A stretch of 63,626 bases of DNA, the filler included, from Reticulomyxa filosa (Eukaryota > Protista > Foraminifera), in assembly GCA_000512085.1 (NCBI GenBank). It is 19 parts of 19 records of this genome, joined end to end, with 100 filler letters (N's around TTAATTAATTAA, not from the genome) between each part and the next. Parts side by side here need not be neighbours in the genome. Positions count along the whole stretch, not along the records: positions 51,705 to 55,899 come from ASPP01005979.1; positions 56,000 to 59,220 come from ASPP01008965.1; positions 59,321 to 60,811 come from ASPP01021514.1; positions 60,912 to 61,912 come from ASPP01016700.1; positions 62,013 to 63,626 come from ASPP01026983.1; 14 more parts are not named here. One strand, written 5' to 3'. Shown one piece after another: positions 52,689 to 63,626 of this stretch. A model generated the notes under the pieces. It had not been told where the DNA came from and did not search any database. It saw only the letters and a program-made list of their open reading frames with translations. The stretch's first letter is position 1. Each line of letters opens with the position of its first letter. The position numbers and the translations under genes were made by a program.

Positions 52689-55600
52689 ATGGGAGTTCCA
52701 AGCTTTTTTCGTTGGTTATTGGAAAAATATCCGCGCATTATCCAGTATGTGATTGAAGAAGATGTGCAATACGATGATCAAATGAAACGTGTATTGCCAG
52801 ACTCGTCGAGACAGAACGTTGAGTGTACTTTCATTGATCCGAGCACAGAGCATTTGCAAACAAAAGAAAAACAAGTAAAACAAAAAAATAATAATAACAA
52901 CAATAACAAAAAGCCCAATGGCACAGAATTTGACAACTTGTATCTGGACATGAACGGGATAATTCACAATTGCTGTCATCCAGAGAATAGTCCTCAGCCA
53001 GAAACGGAAGAAGAAATGATAAAGAGCGTATTTGATTACGTATTGCACCTATTCAGTATGGTGCGTCCACGAAAGCTGTTGTATCTGGCGATCGACGGTG
53101 TGGCACCACGTGCCAAAATGAATCAGCAAAGGTCGCGACGTTTCCGAGCCGCTCAAGAAAGACAAGAGTTTGAGCAGCTGAAAAGCAAATTGGAACTGTT
53201 TTACACATTAAAATACACTGGAAAACACAATGACGAAAAAAAATTGCAATTGTTGCAAAAGATCAAGCAATCGTGGGATCATAATGTCATCACGCCAGGT
53301 TTTTTTTTTTGCATTTCAATTATGCATTGCATATATATAAATAAATATGTAAATATATACATATATGCATATACATTTGTATTTATATGCGTATGTTTGT
53401 TGTATGTGTATATTAACACCTATGTTATTTTGACAAAATTCAAACAAGGAACACCATTTATGGACAAGCTGTCCAAAGCATTGCGCCATTGGATTCCAAT
53501 GCAGTTGCATTCGAATCCCGGATGGAAGAACATTAAAGTGATCTTTTCCGACGCGAACATACCAGGGGAAGGGGAACACAAAATTGCTTCATTTATTCGA
53601 CGAACCCGAGGACAGCCAGGATACGATCCAAATACAAGACATGTCTTTTATGGTTTGTTACATATATATATATATATATATGATGTATATGTATATGTAT
53701 ATATGCATATGTATGCCTATGCATATACATTTAAAAAATATCAATGTTTGTATGATTGAGAATGAAGGATTGGACGCAGACTTGTTTATGCTGAGTCTGG
53801 CAACACATGAGATATACATGACGATATTGCGAGAAGAAGTGCTGTTTGGCAAGAATCGTCCCTGTGAACGCTGTGGTATGCCGGGACACTTTATGACAGA
53901 CTGCGTGGCCGAGATGAAAACGGACAATGGCCAAGAGGAGTCGTTGGCAAAACTACGCGGCGCGACTCGAACCAAAGTGTTGAAGCCATTCATTTTTGCG
54001 CATTTGCTTGTGCTGCGCGAGTATTTGAGTTACGAACTGTATGTCCCCAACTTGACTTGGGGCGAGTGGAATTTGGAACGTGCCATCGACGACTTTATCT
54101 TTTTGTGCTTCTTTGTCGGAAATGATTTCCTACCTCATTTGCCCTCTTTGGACATCCGAGAGGGAGCCTTGGATAATTTGATTGAAATGTATAAACAATT
54201 CTTACCTACTTTGGGAGGCTATTTGACTGATGGAAACGGTATGTTTGTGCACATGTGCATGTATACATATATATATATATATATGTATACATTTATATGT
54301 TTATATATGTATATGCTCGTTGTACAATTGAATTACAAACAAATATTAAAAAAAAAAAAAAAAAAGGAAAAGTGAGTTTAGAGAGAGTAGACGTGATGTT
54401 TAAGAGATTAGGAGAAATCGAAGATGACGTTTTTCGAAATAGAAAAGAAGTTCCGTGTCCCCCTTTTTTTTTTTTTTTTTTTTGTAAAAAGCGGTCCACT
54501 ACAATCACACAAAGTAAATGTGTATTGTGAACTTGTGAATTGAGACGGAAAAAGTGATTGCAGAAAGAAACCGCGATCATGAAGAGCGGCAAAAGCGTAA
54601 GGGACAACAAAATGCCTCATCACGATCACTACATAGTAACAGTTCCATTAGCTCGACGGAGAGCTACAGTTCCGGTCAAGGTATGTTGTGTGTGTATGTG
54701 TGTGTGATAGAAAAGAGTTTAAAAACAAAAAAAAAAGAATATCAATGATCAATAATCAACAATAAATAAATAAATAAACAAATTTAATTAATTAATAAAA
54801 ATAAAAAAAAAGAATTTCTGGAACCACCCTCCAAACGCCGAAGATTGATGAATACGACAACGAAAGAGGACGATGAGGACATGAAAGTGTTACAAGAAGT
54901 AGAACATGATATGACAGAAGCGAAAAAAAAAAGAGTTTGAAAGCTTTTTTAAAGAGATAAAGCTGGACGTGGATGAGCACTTTTTGGAAATGGACTTTGA
55001 GCATCAACTGAAACAAATCCATCGCATTTCACAGGATACAACCAAGCGCAATCATGCAATCGCCGACAGAAACCCTTTTGTCATCACGGAAGATGTTGAC
55101 TTGGGGACGTTGGGGTGGAAGCAAAGATATTACCGATCCAAGTTCAACTTCAAATTCGATGAAAAACCACCGCTCTTTGAATCGTTGTGTCACGAGTATA
55201 TCAAAGGGCTGTGTTGGGTCATGTTATATTATTATCAAGGTTGTCCCAGCTGGGAATGGTATGCAATCATTGTTGTTGTTCTTCTTCTTAACACATATAT
55301 ATATATATATTATTTTTTTTTTTTTTTTTTAAAAAAAGGTCCCCTATTCAAATTGTATTTTTATTTCGATTTTTGTTTGTGTGTTTTTTTTCTTTGATTG
55401 GCGGGGAGAGCAAGGTATTATCCATTTTATTATGCTCCGTTTGCTTCCGACCTGGCAAATTGTTCTCGTTTTGACGTGTCAATGACAAAAGGCAAGCCCT
55501 TGTCACCTTTTGGACAGCTGATGGGCGTTTTGCCTGCGTCCAGTGGTCAAATCGCATTGCCAAAGAAGTTTTATTCGCTGATGATGGAACCGACATCGCC

Positions 55601-55847
55601 TATCATTGATTTTTATCCAACAGACTTCAAATTGGATTTGAATGGCAAAATGTTCAATTGGCAGGCCGTCACATTGCTGCCTTTCATCAACGAAAAAAGG
55701 TTGTTGAAAGCCATTGAGCCATTGGAAAAGCAGCTCCTTGAAGAAGAGCAGAGAATGAATAGAATTGGAGACACTTTATTATACATCAACACCACCCACA
55801 ATTTGAGAAAGGAAATGCTTCAGCTTTATGCCACCGAGGGCGCCAAA
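52689..55847 (+). CDS. XRN2: 5'-3' exoribonuclease 2 (Rat1/Xrn2), 3' truncated
   Basis: MGVPSFFRWL..KYP, FDNLYLDMNGIIH, AIDGVAPRAKMNQQRSRRFR, ITPGTPFM, PGEGEHKI, YGLDADL, CCHC knuckle (CERCGMPGHFMTDC, Xrn2-type), FFVGNDFLPH, YYQGCPSWEWYYP and FYPTDF. Confidence 0.93.
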
Positions 55848-55999
55848 GTTTTTTAAAATTTTGTTTGAGGGGGGGAAAAAAAAGGGGGGGGCAATTCCAN
55901 NNNNNNNNNNNNNNNNNNNNNNNNNNNNNNNNNNNNNNNNNNNTTAATTAATTAANNNNNNNNNNNNNNNNNNNNNNNNNNNNNNNNNNNNNNNNNNNN

Positions 56000-56214
56000 A
56001 GTAATTCTCGCACTACAAGTGAACTTTGGAACCCTTTATTCTAGCGACACACTACTCACTTTCACGACTTGTCTTTTCTCTTTCACTTGTTGAATCTTGT
56101 TGTTTATTTTCTCTTTTATTTAAATCATTAATCTTTTGTTTTAAATTGCTCAAAAGAGCGAAAACCTTTCGTATTACAGTTTGCGCACCTCTTTCAGCAG
56201 CAGGAAAACCCACA
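56000..56214 (+). mobile_element. ~230-bp TGT...ACA element (solo-LTR-like), copy 4, 5' end at a contig edge
   Basis: CACTACTCACTTT (shared with copy 2), CCTTTCGTATTACA and a CTCTT..GCAGCA...CCCACA terminus. Confidence 0.55.
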
Positions 56215-56411
56215 ATATCATAACAAGTATAATTCAGTATTTCTCTTCTTTTTCAGTCAGAAATTTAATATAAGTTTTTCAGATTTTGTTATGAGGACAA
56301 TTCAAAGTTTAGATTTTTTTTTTGTCTTATTGATATTTTAATTATCAAATAACGTCCAAAAATGACTTAATAAGTTAAGATAAATCGATTTTTGGAAAAG
56401 TGGAAAACAAT

Positions 56412-57944
56412 CTATTTCAAACAGTCAGTGCGAGGAGGTACAGTTTGAAAGAAGAATGCCACATCCTCCTGATTCAAGAGGAATACAAAAGGATAGGTAG
56501 CATCAGGTTCCAAACGGATATGGACTTTCCATTTTTGTAAGTCATTTTTAGCACTGGCGCCCTTTTTGAGATTATATTTCAACGGTTTTTTGCCGATTCG
56601 TTTCAAAGCATTGGGCGACTCAAATGCAATTTTAATGGGGCCATTATCGAATTTCTCTTTCAATTCATCCCTTCTGAATGTCATCAAATAGCGTAACAAA
56701 AAAGTGTCCATGATGGGTGACATTGCACTAAGATCTAACCATACATTATGTTCACCCAGAGACATTGTGTTCCAATAATTGACAGAACGAATGTGATTCG
56801 AATCTTGAAACAAAATTCTCTCAATATCTGGCACTGCATCCATCCAGTTGCTTCGGTTTGACACTACATAGAATTCCATCAAAAGTAGTGTCTCATTTCG
56901 TTGAATGCGATTACCTGGTGCATTTGGATACAATTCCTTTTGAAAGATATGTGTAAAGCGTTGTTGATGAAAAGAGAATTGCTCCAAGTGTATATTTGGA
57001 TCCAATTTTTGTAGCATTTTCAAATGTGCATTAGATCTCCATGATGCAATTCTGTAATATTGCTCAATCTTATTTTGCTGACATAACATTGGCAGCCTTT
57101 CACAAAAGTCCACCAGTTCCTCATATTGATTGCTATGCAATAATATCCTCTGAATTATCCAGCATGTGTTTATGTCGATTTGAACAGGAGGCTTTAGTTG
57201 TTGTGAGCGATACAGTAAATCCACCATTTTTTTCGTCTGGCCAAAACGAGAATATACTCGCAACATATGATTGAGCAATGAAACATTTTTCTCGATTTTG
57301 GGATCATGTTCAATTGCATCCCAAACTATTTCTGCACTTTCCATATCGTGCGCTTTTACGCAAGCTGATAACATCAAAGTGCACGTTGTAGCATTTGGGG
57401 CTTTATCATATGTGCCAATCAGCACTCGAATATAATCCAATATCTGTTTGAAATTTCCTTTGTGCACATGGTCTTTAATCATCATGTTGATCAGTGACAC
57501 ATTAAGCGTTACAGAGGGATGTGGTCTGTGAATAAACCACTCATCAAATACTTGCCCACGCTTCACAGAATCTAACTGTCGAAAAATTTTTTCGAAAAAT
57601 CCGACTTCAAATACTATGTTTCGATCACGTGCTAGCTCGAAGATTTGTGGTATGGCATCATGCGTGTTCTCTCGAATACATTGTTCTATTGCTTTTTGAA
57701 ACGCTTTACTGTCGTAAGGAAAACAAGACTTACAGACAAAAGAATAATCCAACGTCTTTTGTGTACTGACAATTTCTCGAAAATTCGGTTTGGCAGACGC
57801 TTGCACGTCTGGTGACAACCTTACTTGTTCGGCTGACCCTTCGAGCTGAGTCATTCGCCGTACCTGTCGAATGTGGGCAATACAAAAAAGATAAGGCTTG
57901 GAATAGAAGCTATTGAAAAACCCTTTAATAGGTATTACTGTCAT
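56412..57944 (-). CDS. Intronless pentatricopeptide-repeat protein with a possible degenerate C-terminal Smr-like domain
   Basis: 510-aa ORF with PPR units (NVSLINMMIKDH..KG; PNATTCTLMLSACVKA; NVSLLNHMLRVYSRFG) and a WLDLS...FLLRYL C-terminal block. Confidence 0.8.
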   Translation of the reverse strand: MTVIPIKGFFNSFYSKPYLFCIAHIRQVRRMTQLEGSAEQVRLSPDVQASAKPNFREIVSTQKTLDYSFVCKSCFPYDSKAFQKAIEQCIRENTHDAIPQIFELARDRNIVFEVGFFEKIFRQLDSVKRGQVFDEWFIHRPHPSVTLNVSLINMMIKDHVHKGNFKQILDYIRVLIGTYDKAPNATTCTLMLSACVKAHDMESAEIVWDAIEHDPKIEKNVSLLNHMLRVYSRFGQTKKMVDLLYRSQQLKPPVQIDINTCWIIQRILLHSNQYEELVDFCERLPMLCQQNKIEQYYRIASWRSNAHLKMLQKLDPNIHLEQFSFHQQRFTHIFQKELYPNAPGNRIQRNETLLLMEFYVVSNRSNWMDAVPDIERILFQDSNHIRSVNYWNTMSLGEHNVWLDLSAMSPIMDTFLLRYLMTFRRDELKEKFDNGPIKIAFESPNALKRIGKKPLKYNLKKGASAKNDLQKWKVHIRLEPDATYPFVFLLNQEDVAFFFQTVPPRTDCLK

Positions 57945-58231
57945 GAATTATGTTGTTTTTTTTTTTGGAGACTGATCATTATCAACACAAGACAAAAAAA
58001 AAAATTCAGTTGTCATATTTTTTTACAGAATTACTTGATTTCTTGTGTTCCAAACAACTGTGTTTGAAACACTCTAGTCCTCAAATTTAAATTAAATAGT
58101 CTTTGAGCTGCCTTATCAATTATAGCTCTCCTTTCAAATGTACTGTCCTTATCGTCTTTTGAGACAAAATTACATTGTTTTTCAAAAAGCAAACCAAAAA
58201 TGATTCGCATTATTTTGTGTAAACAAAATTT

Positions 58232-59100
58232 TTATAATGGTACCCATAGTCGAAGTGTTTTGTCATTAGAAGCTGACACAACTCTATTGCCATCAAATGA
58301 GACATCAATTTCCACTATACCGCTGGAATGCCCTCCAGCTTTTGTATTTCCACCCCTAATTGCACGTCTAAGAGTCGAAGTGTATTATCAGTTAAGCCTG
58401 CTACAATAGTTTGTCCATCAGGAAAAAACTTTACACCGAGTACCTCACTGGAATAGCTACAAAATTTTTTCACGTACGTTCCTGATGCGACATACCATAC
58501 TTTAATTACTCCACCTTCTGAACAGCATAGAACAGAAGCACCATCCGGTGAAAATTGCACTTTCGCCGGACAGCCTGAACTTTCATCCGGATCAGTGATT
58601 GTTTCACCTGACTCCAAATCCAAAATTTCAATTGCACAGTACTCTCGCGCTGACACAGTTCGATTACCATCTGGCGAAAATTTCACATCATTTACATCTA
58701 TGCACTCATCAAATCGTTGGATCTCTTGTCCAGAATGTATATCCCACAATCTTATTGTTCCATCATATGAACCAGATACAATAGTCTTCCCATCGGGTGA
58801 AAAATCTACTCGTGTTACGCAGCTTGTATGTCCCTCCAATTTTTTTATTTCTTTACTCGATATCGTGTCCCACAATCGTATAGTTTTGTCATTAGAACAT
58901 GACATTATCATCCTTCCATCGGGTGAAAATCGTGCATCTTTAACACATCCACAATGGCCTACTAATTCTTGAATTTTGCTTCCTGATGTCATATCCCATA
59001 TTGCAACAGTTCTATCATCTGCAGAGGAGGCAACTGTGAGACCATCAGGAGATAAATTCACACTGTTTACACACTTTGAATGTCCTTGCAACACCTTCGA
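58232..59100 (-). CDS. WD40-repeat protein, 3' exon (1-nt frameshift at ~58332)
   Basis: Repeated LxGH...V..V.FSPDG..I.S.S.D.TIRLWD units. The last repeat (GHSSGIVEIDVSFDGNRVVSASNDKTLRLW) is restored by adding one base at GAGGGC. Confidence 0.88.
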
Positions 59101-59320
59101 TGATTTGAAATATTTTAACTATTTGTTTTTAATTTTTTTTTTAAAATTATGTATACTAACTACACTTAATATATGTATATATATACATAAATAAATAAAT
59201 ATATATATATATAAATAAATNNNNNNNNNNNNNNNNNNNNNNNNNNNNNNNNNNNNNNNNNNNNTTAATTAATTAANNNNNNNNNNNNNNNNNNNNNNNN
59301 NNNNNNNNNNNNNNNNNNNN

Positions 59321-60760
59321 GAATCTCCCAAGGACTTTTTGCAAAGGTGTGTTGGATCAATTCTTTTCTTTTCAACTTTTCTTCATTTTACATATATATA
59401 TAAAAGTTTTCTTTTATTGCTTTGGTTGTGTTTGACAGCATGAAGATATTTGAGAATATCGCCGAATATTATCAGTTTGAATTTTTGGGGGATGTGGTCA
59501 GATGGATCACATCGGGCAAGTTTTAATTGTGGCTTGTAATAGCAAACTTTTTTCAAAAAATTTATTTAATTTAAAGTCTTTTTTTTATCGAAAATTTTCA
59601 ATCTCCATGTCTGTCAGTCGTATATCTGGTAACCTTTTTCTTTTGCGATATTTTTCTGCCCCAGAAGAGACAGAAAATCAGTTTAATATATAAAAAATGT
59701 AATACGAGTGGAAAATGTTGCAACTTTTGGAAGATAAGGTGTCAATAGAGATTTTAATGTAACGTTGAAAGATTTGGATCGATCTGTGATAAAGTTTGCG
59801 CACGTAATTTTTGTTGTTATTGTATTTTAATTGTGTTTCGACAATTTTTTCATTTCCTTTCGTTTTTGGTCTGAATATTTACATTAAGGAATGTTGTGTG
59901 CAAAGTTTACAACAGTAATTTTGTTATCTTTGCACATGTTTTTCTTTTGGTGAGATCTTTATTTTAGTAATCTAAAATACAGCATCGATTGGGTTTGTTG
60001 TCTGCGCTTAGCAGGTTATGCAAAGCCACTCCATTTTCTTGGCCGATTTTCGTTAACATTGCTATTAAAGCAATTTAACAAATTGATTGGCCAATCTTTT
60101 CAGTTTTTTTCTTCACACCATTAATTTAATTCATGTTTGGCAATGCAATAACATTTCTGCAAGTCTTGCATCTTTTCCTGGGAATTCAGACTTCAATTAT
60201 CATAAATAATCTTCCCTAGATATATTTGCATTTTGCAATGGATACCTAATACGCAATTTTTATTCACGAAAACATATTTTACATTCACAAATATCAAAAA
60301 TTGACTTCTGAATTAATAATTTTTCATTTTTAATAGCTTTTCTGCATCTTTCGTTCAATCTTTTAATTATCGTCTTGTGAGCATTGCTTGCATCAAACAA
60401 ATATTATTGCTTGCCCAAAATCTGCCACAAAATCCAACAAGTAAGGGATAGTGCACCAGAGCATAAGCTTGGAGATTTAACAAAAGTAATATGATACTCC
60501 ATCCAAATATCAAAATGATAAAAGAATAACAGTTCTATCATCAGATGTCCCAATGCCAAGATTCACAAAATATGCCATTTACAACAGCAGTAATCCACTG
60601 GACTTTTTTTCAAATTATTTATTAATACAAGTTCACTGTCATGATAAAATACAAATGAAAGTGATGTCATATTCTTCTCATTGATATTCATAAACTATTA
60701 CACTTATGGACTCAGTGCCACTTTCTGCGCCATATTGTGTTTTGATTTTTGCTCCATCTT
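59321..60760 (-). pseudogene. Heavily decayed coding remnant
   Basis: Codon-like composition on the - strand interrupted by many stops; the family cannot be assigned with confidence. Confidence 0.25.
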
Positions 60761-63626
60761 GAAATAAGTCATTTTGTTTTTATTTCACAATGAAAAAATG
60801 TGAACAAAAAANNNNNNNNNNNNNNNNNNNNNNNNNNNNNNNNNNNNNNNNNNNNTTAATTAATTAANNNNNNNNNNNNNNNNNNNNNNNNNNNNNNNNN
60901 NNNNNNNNNNNCCTTTAAAAAGACTTTTGTGCAAAAATGGGATAATGTTTCCCCGAAAATAAAAGAATGAAGGATTCTTCCATCTTCCTTCGAATTAAAC
61001 ATAATTTTTTTTTGAAAATTGAACATGTTTATACTATTATTCTAAAATAAAATAATGCAAATTCATTTAAAAGATTTAATAATTTGTTTGTAAAAATGAA
61101 ATTATGTCATAAGTTCATTTGCCATTTTATCTGAAATTAATTTATAACATTCTACACAAAATAAATATGAAATCTTTGAATATATCAAAACAGTATTGGT
61201 CTTGTTTTTTACGCATTCATACATTTTGTAAACTATTCAAACATCACAGCAATGAATCTTTTTCGATTGAAAGGGATAACATGTATAAGTGTTTCACTAG
61301 ATGTTAAACAATTATGTTATTATGATAAAACTAATACAACGCTTACAAACAAATATCTATGTCTTTGAAATGGCCAATAATGCAGCTTAAGCTAATTTAA
61401 AGAGTTCAATATAAGCAAATTGAACTCACAAAAATATCCATCTTCAAACATTAGAAATTGTTATGTTCAGTTAAATTAGGGAACTTTTACTTTTATTTCA
61501 AATTAATTAAATACTTTTAAAACAATAATTAATCGTAATTATATTTTTTGCTTTAATCATCATAAAAACACTACATTGCAACAACAAAGCTCTTAACCAA
61601 AAAATTAAAGCGTTACAGCATTTAAATTAAGTTATGTATAAAAAAGTTGACATTATGATGATTATTTTTTTTTGTTATAATATATTCTTGCAATGCAACA
61701 ATGATTAAACACTTGAATAGCATATGCCAAAATTAAAAAAGAGAATATAAAATCTCATAACCAAAAATGTAGTAATGAAATAAAATCAAAATCTATTTAA
61801 AGACAGATTATTTACATTTTAATTTTATACTCCAAAATTTATTTCATCTATAATAATTTTGTCAAAATCAGCAATCAATCCTAATTTTATCTTTAAAGTT
61901 CGGACCAAATATNNNNNNNNNNNNNNNNNNNNNNNNNNNNNNNNNNNNNNNNNNNNTTAATTAATTAANNNNNNNNNNNNNNNNNNNNNNNNNNNNNNNN
62001 NNNNNNNNNNNNTATTTCAGTCTTTCATTTTCTTTCATCAATAATAATCATATTCTCTTTGTTAATTGTTTGCAATGACAAAAAAAATACATTGGTGTGT
62101 ATGTATAAATAATGGATATTAATACTCTACAAAATAAAACACTTATGTCTCATACAAAGTTTATATTTATAAAATAAAACAATTTTTTATTGAGCCTTCG
62201 TGAACTTAAAAAAATAAATAAATTTGAAAAGCAATTCATAACATATCTTTTCTGCAAGAAATTATTTAAAAAATTGAAATTCATCAAGAAGGTAAGAACA
62301 TTGGTAATTTTTATCAATCAAAGCACAATAAGAGGAGAGAATATGATCGTGAATCAACTGCGGCTATCAAGAAAAGCATTATACATGCATTATTATGGAA
62401 ATTATGATGATTTATTGCATTGATTCAAATTCTTCAATCACTAAACGCTGTTTTAAGACAAAGAAATCACATAACCTAAAAACAGGATTTCTGAAAAGAA
62501 GTTATAATCACCATACTTTTTTTGTTTGCATTAGCAAAGTAATATGATGAAATGTATGCAAATTGTAATGATGAAGCAAAATATATAATATCGAGAGAAA
62601 AAAGCTCATATTAATGATTCATCATCTTAAGAGACTTAAACAAAAAGAAATTACCTTAACAGATTTTAGATTTAAAAATAAGTAATCTTGATTATCAATA
62701 ATCAAATTGTTTTTGAATTTAATACATTTTAAATTACTTTTATATTTTAATTGTATTATTAAAATTACAGAAACAAAAAATATCAAAACACAATTAACAA
62801 ACAAATTTTTTCTTTTGCTAGCTTCAGCTTATTTGATTTATATCAAAAAATTTTTATCTTTCTCAGTAGCGGTCCTGAGAAAATATTTAAAGAATTGGTT
62901 TTATGGAATGCAATAGATGAATATACATAAATGATATTATTGACATAAAATAATGAAAACAAAATCATTCAAATTAGAGCAAAAAAAAATGCAATAAATT
63001 TGTAAAAAGTGAAAATATTCTCTTCACTTTAATTTATAGCGTATAACAGTACATCAGTTTTTGCATTTAATTGAAAAGTATTCTGACACATAGAGTACAT
63101 TTTTGTAACAACTTATATAATTCTAGCATAATTTAAAGCAAAACCTGCACTAAGAGCACAGATGATATATTTCAATAAACAATATGGTAGCGTATATAGC
63201 TTCACAATCATATGTGGTCTTCGATCCACTTCTTACTAATTTCTAATGCAACCTTTTTTTTGTAATTGCCATCAAAATAACAGTAATGCCAATAATAACA
63301 ATAACAATAGTAACAATAATTACCGTGTTTTTACTTTTGTAACGATTGCATTTTTTTTTTGGACATTTTCCTTTCTAACAAAAAACAACAATGCATTCAC
63401 CATTTGTACTAAAATGTTTTGAAATGTTCCATTTGAGATATTTCAGTGCGTTAGTTTGAGATGATGATGATAATTTTTCTTAAAAACTTTTTGAGTTCCT
63501 TTAGCTTTTTGTATTGACTCAATGAAAAAAATCACATTTGTGTCAAATTTAACTAATTTGGTTTAAAACAATAAAATAAATACTAACATATGTTAATTCT
63601 TTCATTTTCACATTTCATTCTAAAAG

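Overview
This is an AT-rich, intron-containing eukaryotic draft assembly, not a continuous locus. It consists of 19 short contigs joined by 18 artificial 100-nt spacers (N44-TTAATTAATTAA-N44), so adjacency across spacers means nothing. Gene families and intron style (expanded Kelch/TPR/WD40/PPR families, many pseudogenes, homopolymer-rich introns) suggest a foraminiferan such as Reticulomyxa; this is an inference. Gene-dense contigs carry ADPRM, a Nup88-like protein, kinesin-13, adenylate kinase, acid ceramidase/NAAA, CAF-1 p60, a divergent actin, a DHHC palmitoyltransferase, XRN2, and PPR, WD40, PB1 and C2H2 proteins. Very AT-rich contigs carry decayed pseudogenes (Kelch, TPR, malic enzyme, HCCS-like). 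The most notable unexplained signals are: (1) a ~190-nt tRNA-mimicking, multi-helix RNA gene candidate at 39150-39339 (-) with a perfect T-arm/B-box and an oligo-T terminator; (2) an unusual intron grammar with GTT donors, poly-A/purine-rich AAG acceptors instead of a polypyrimidine tract, and self-complementary introns; (3) a ~230-bp TGT...ACA dispersed element in four divergent copies, one with a 4-bp target-site duplication; (4) a malic-enzyme pseudogene whose two consecutive halves lie in permuted order. Exon boundaries were inferred by eye and are approximate.
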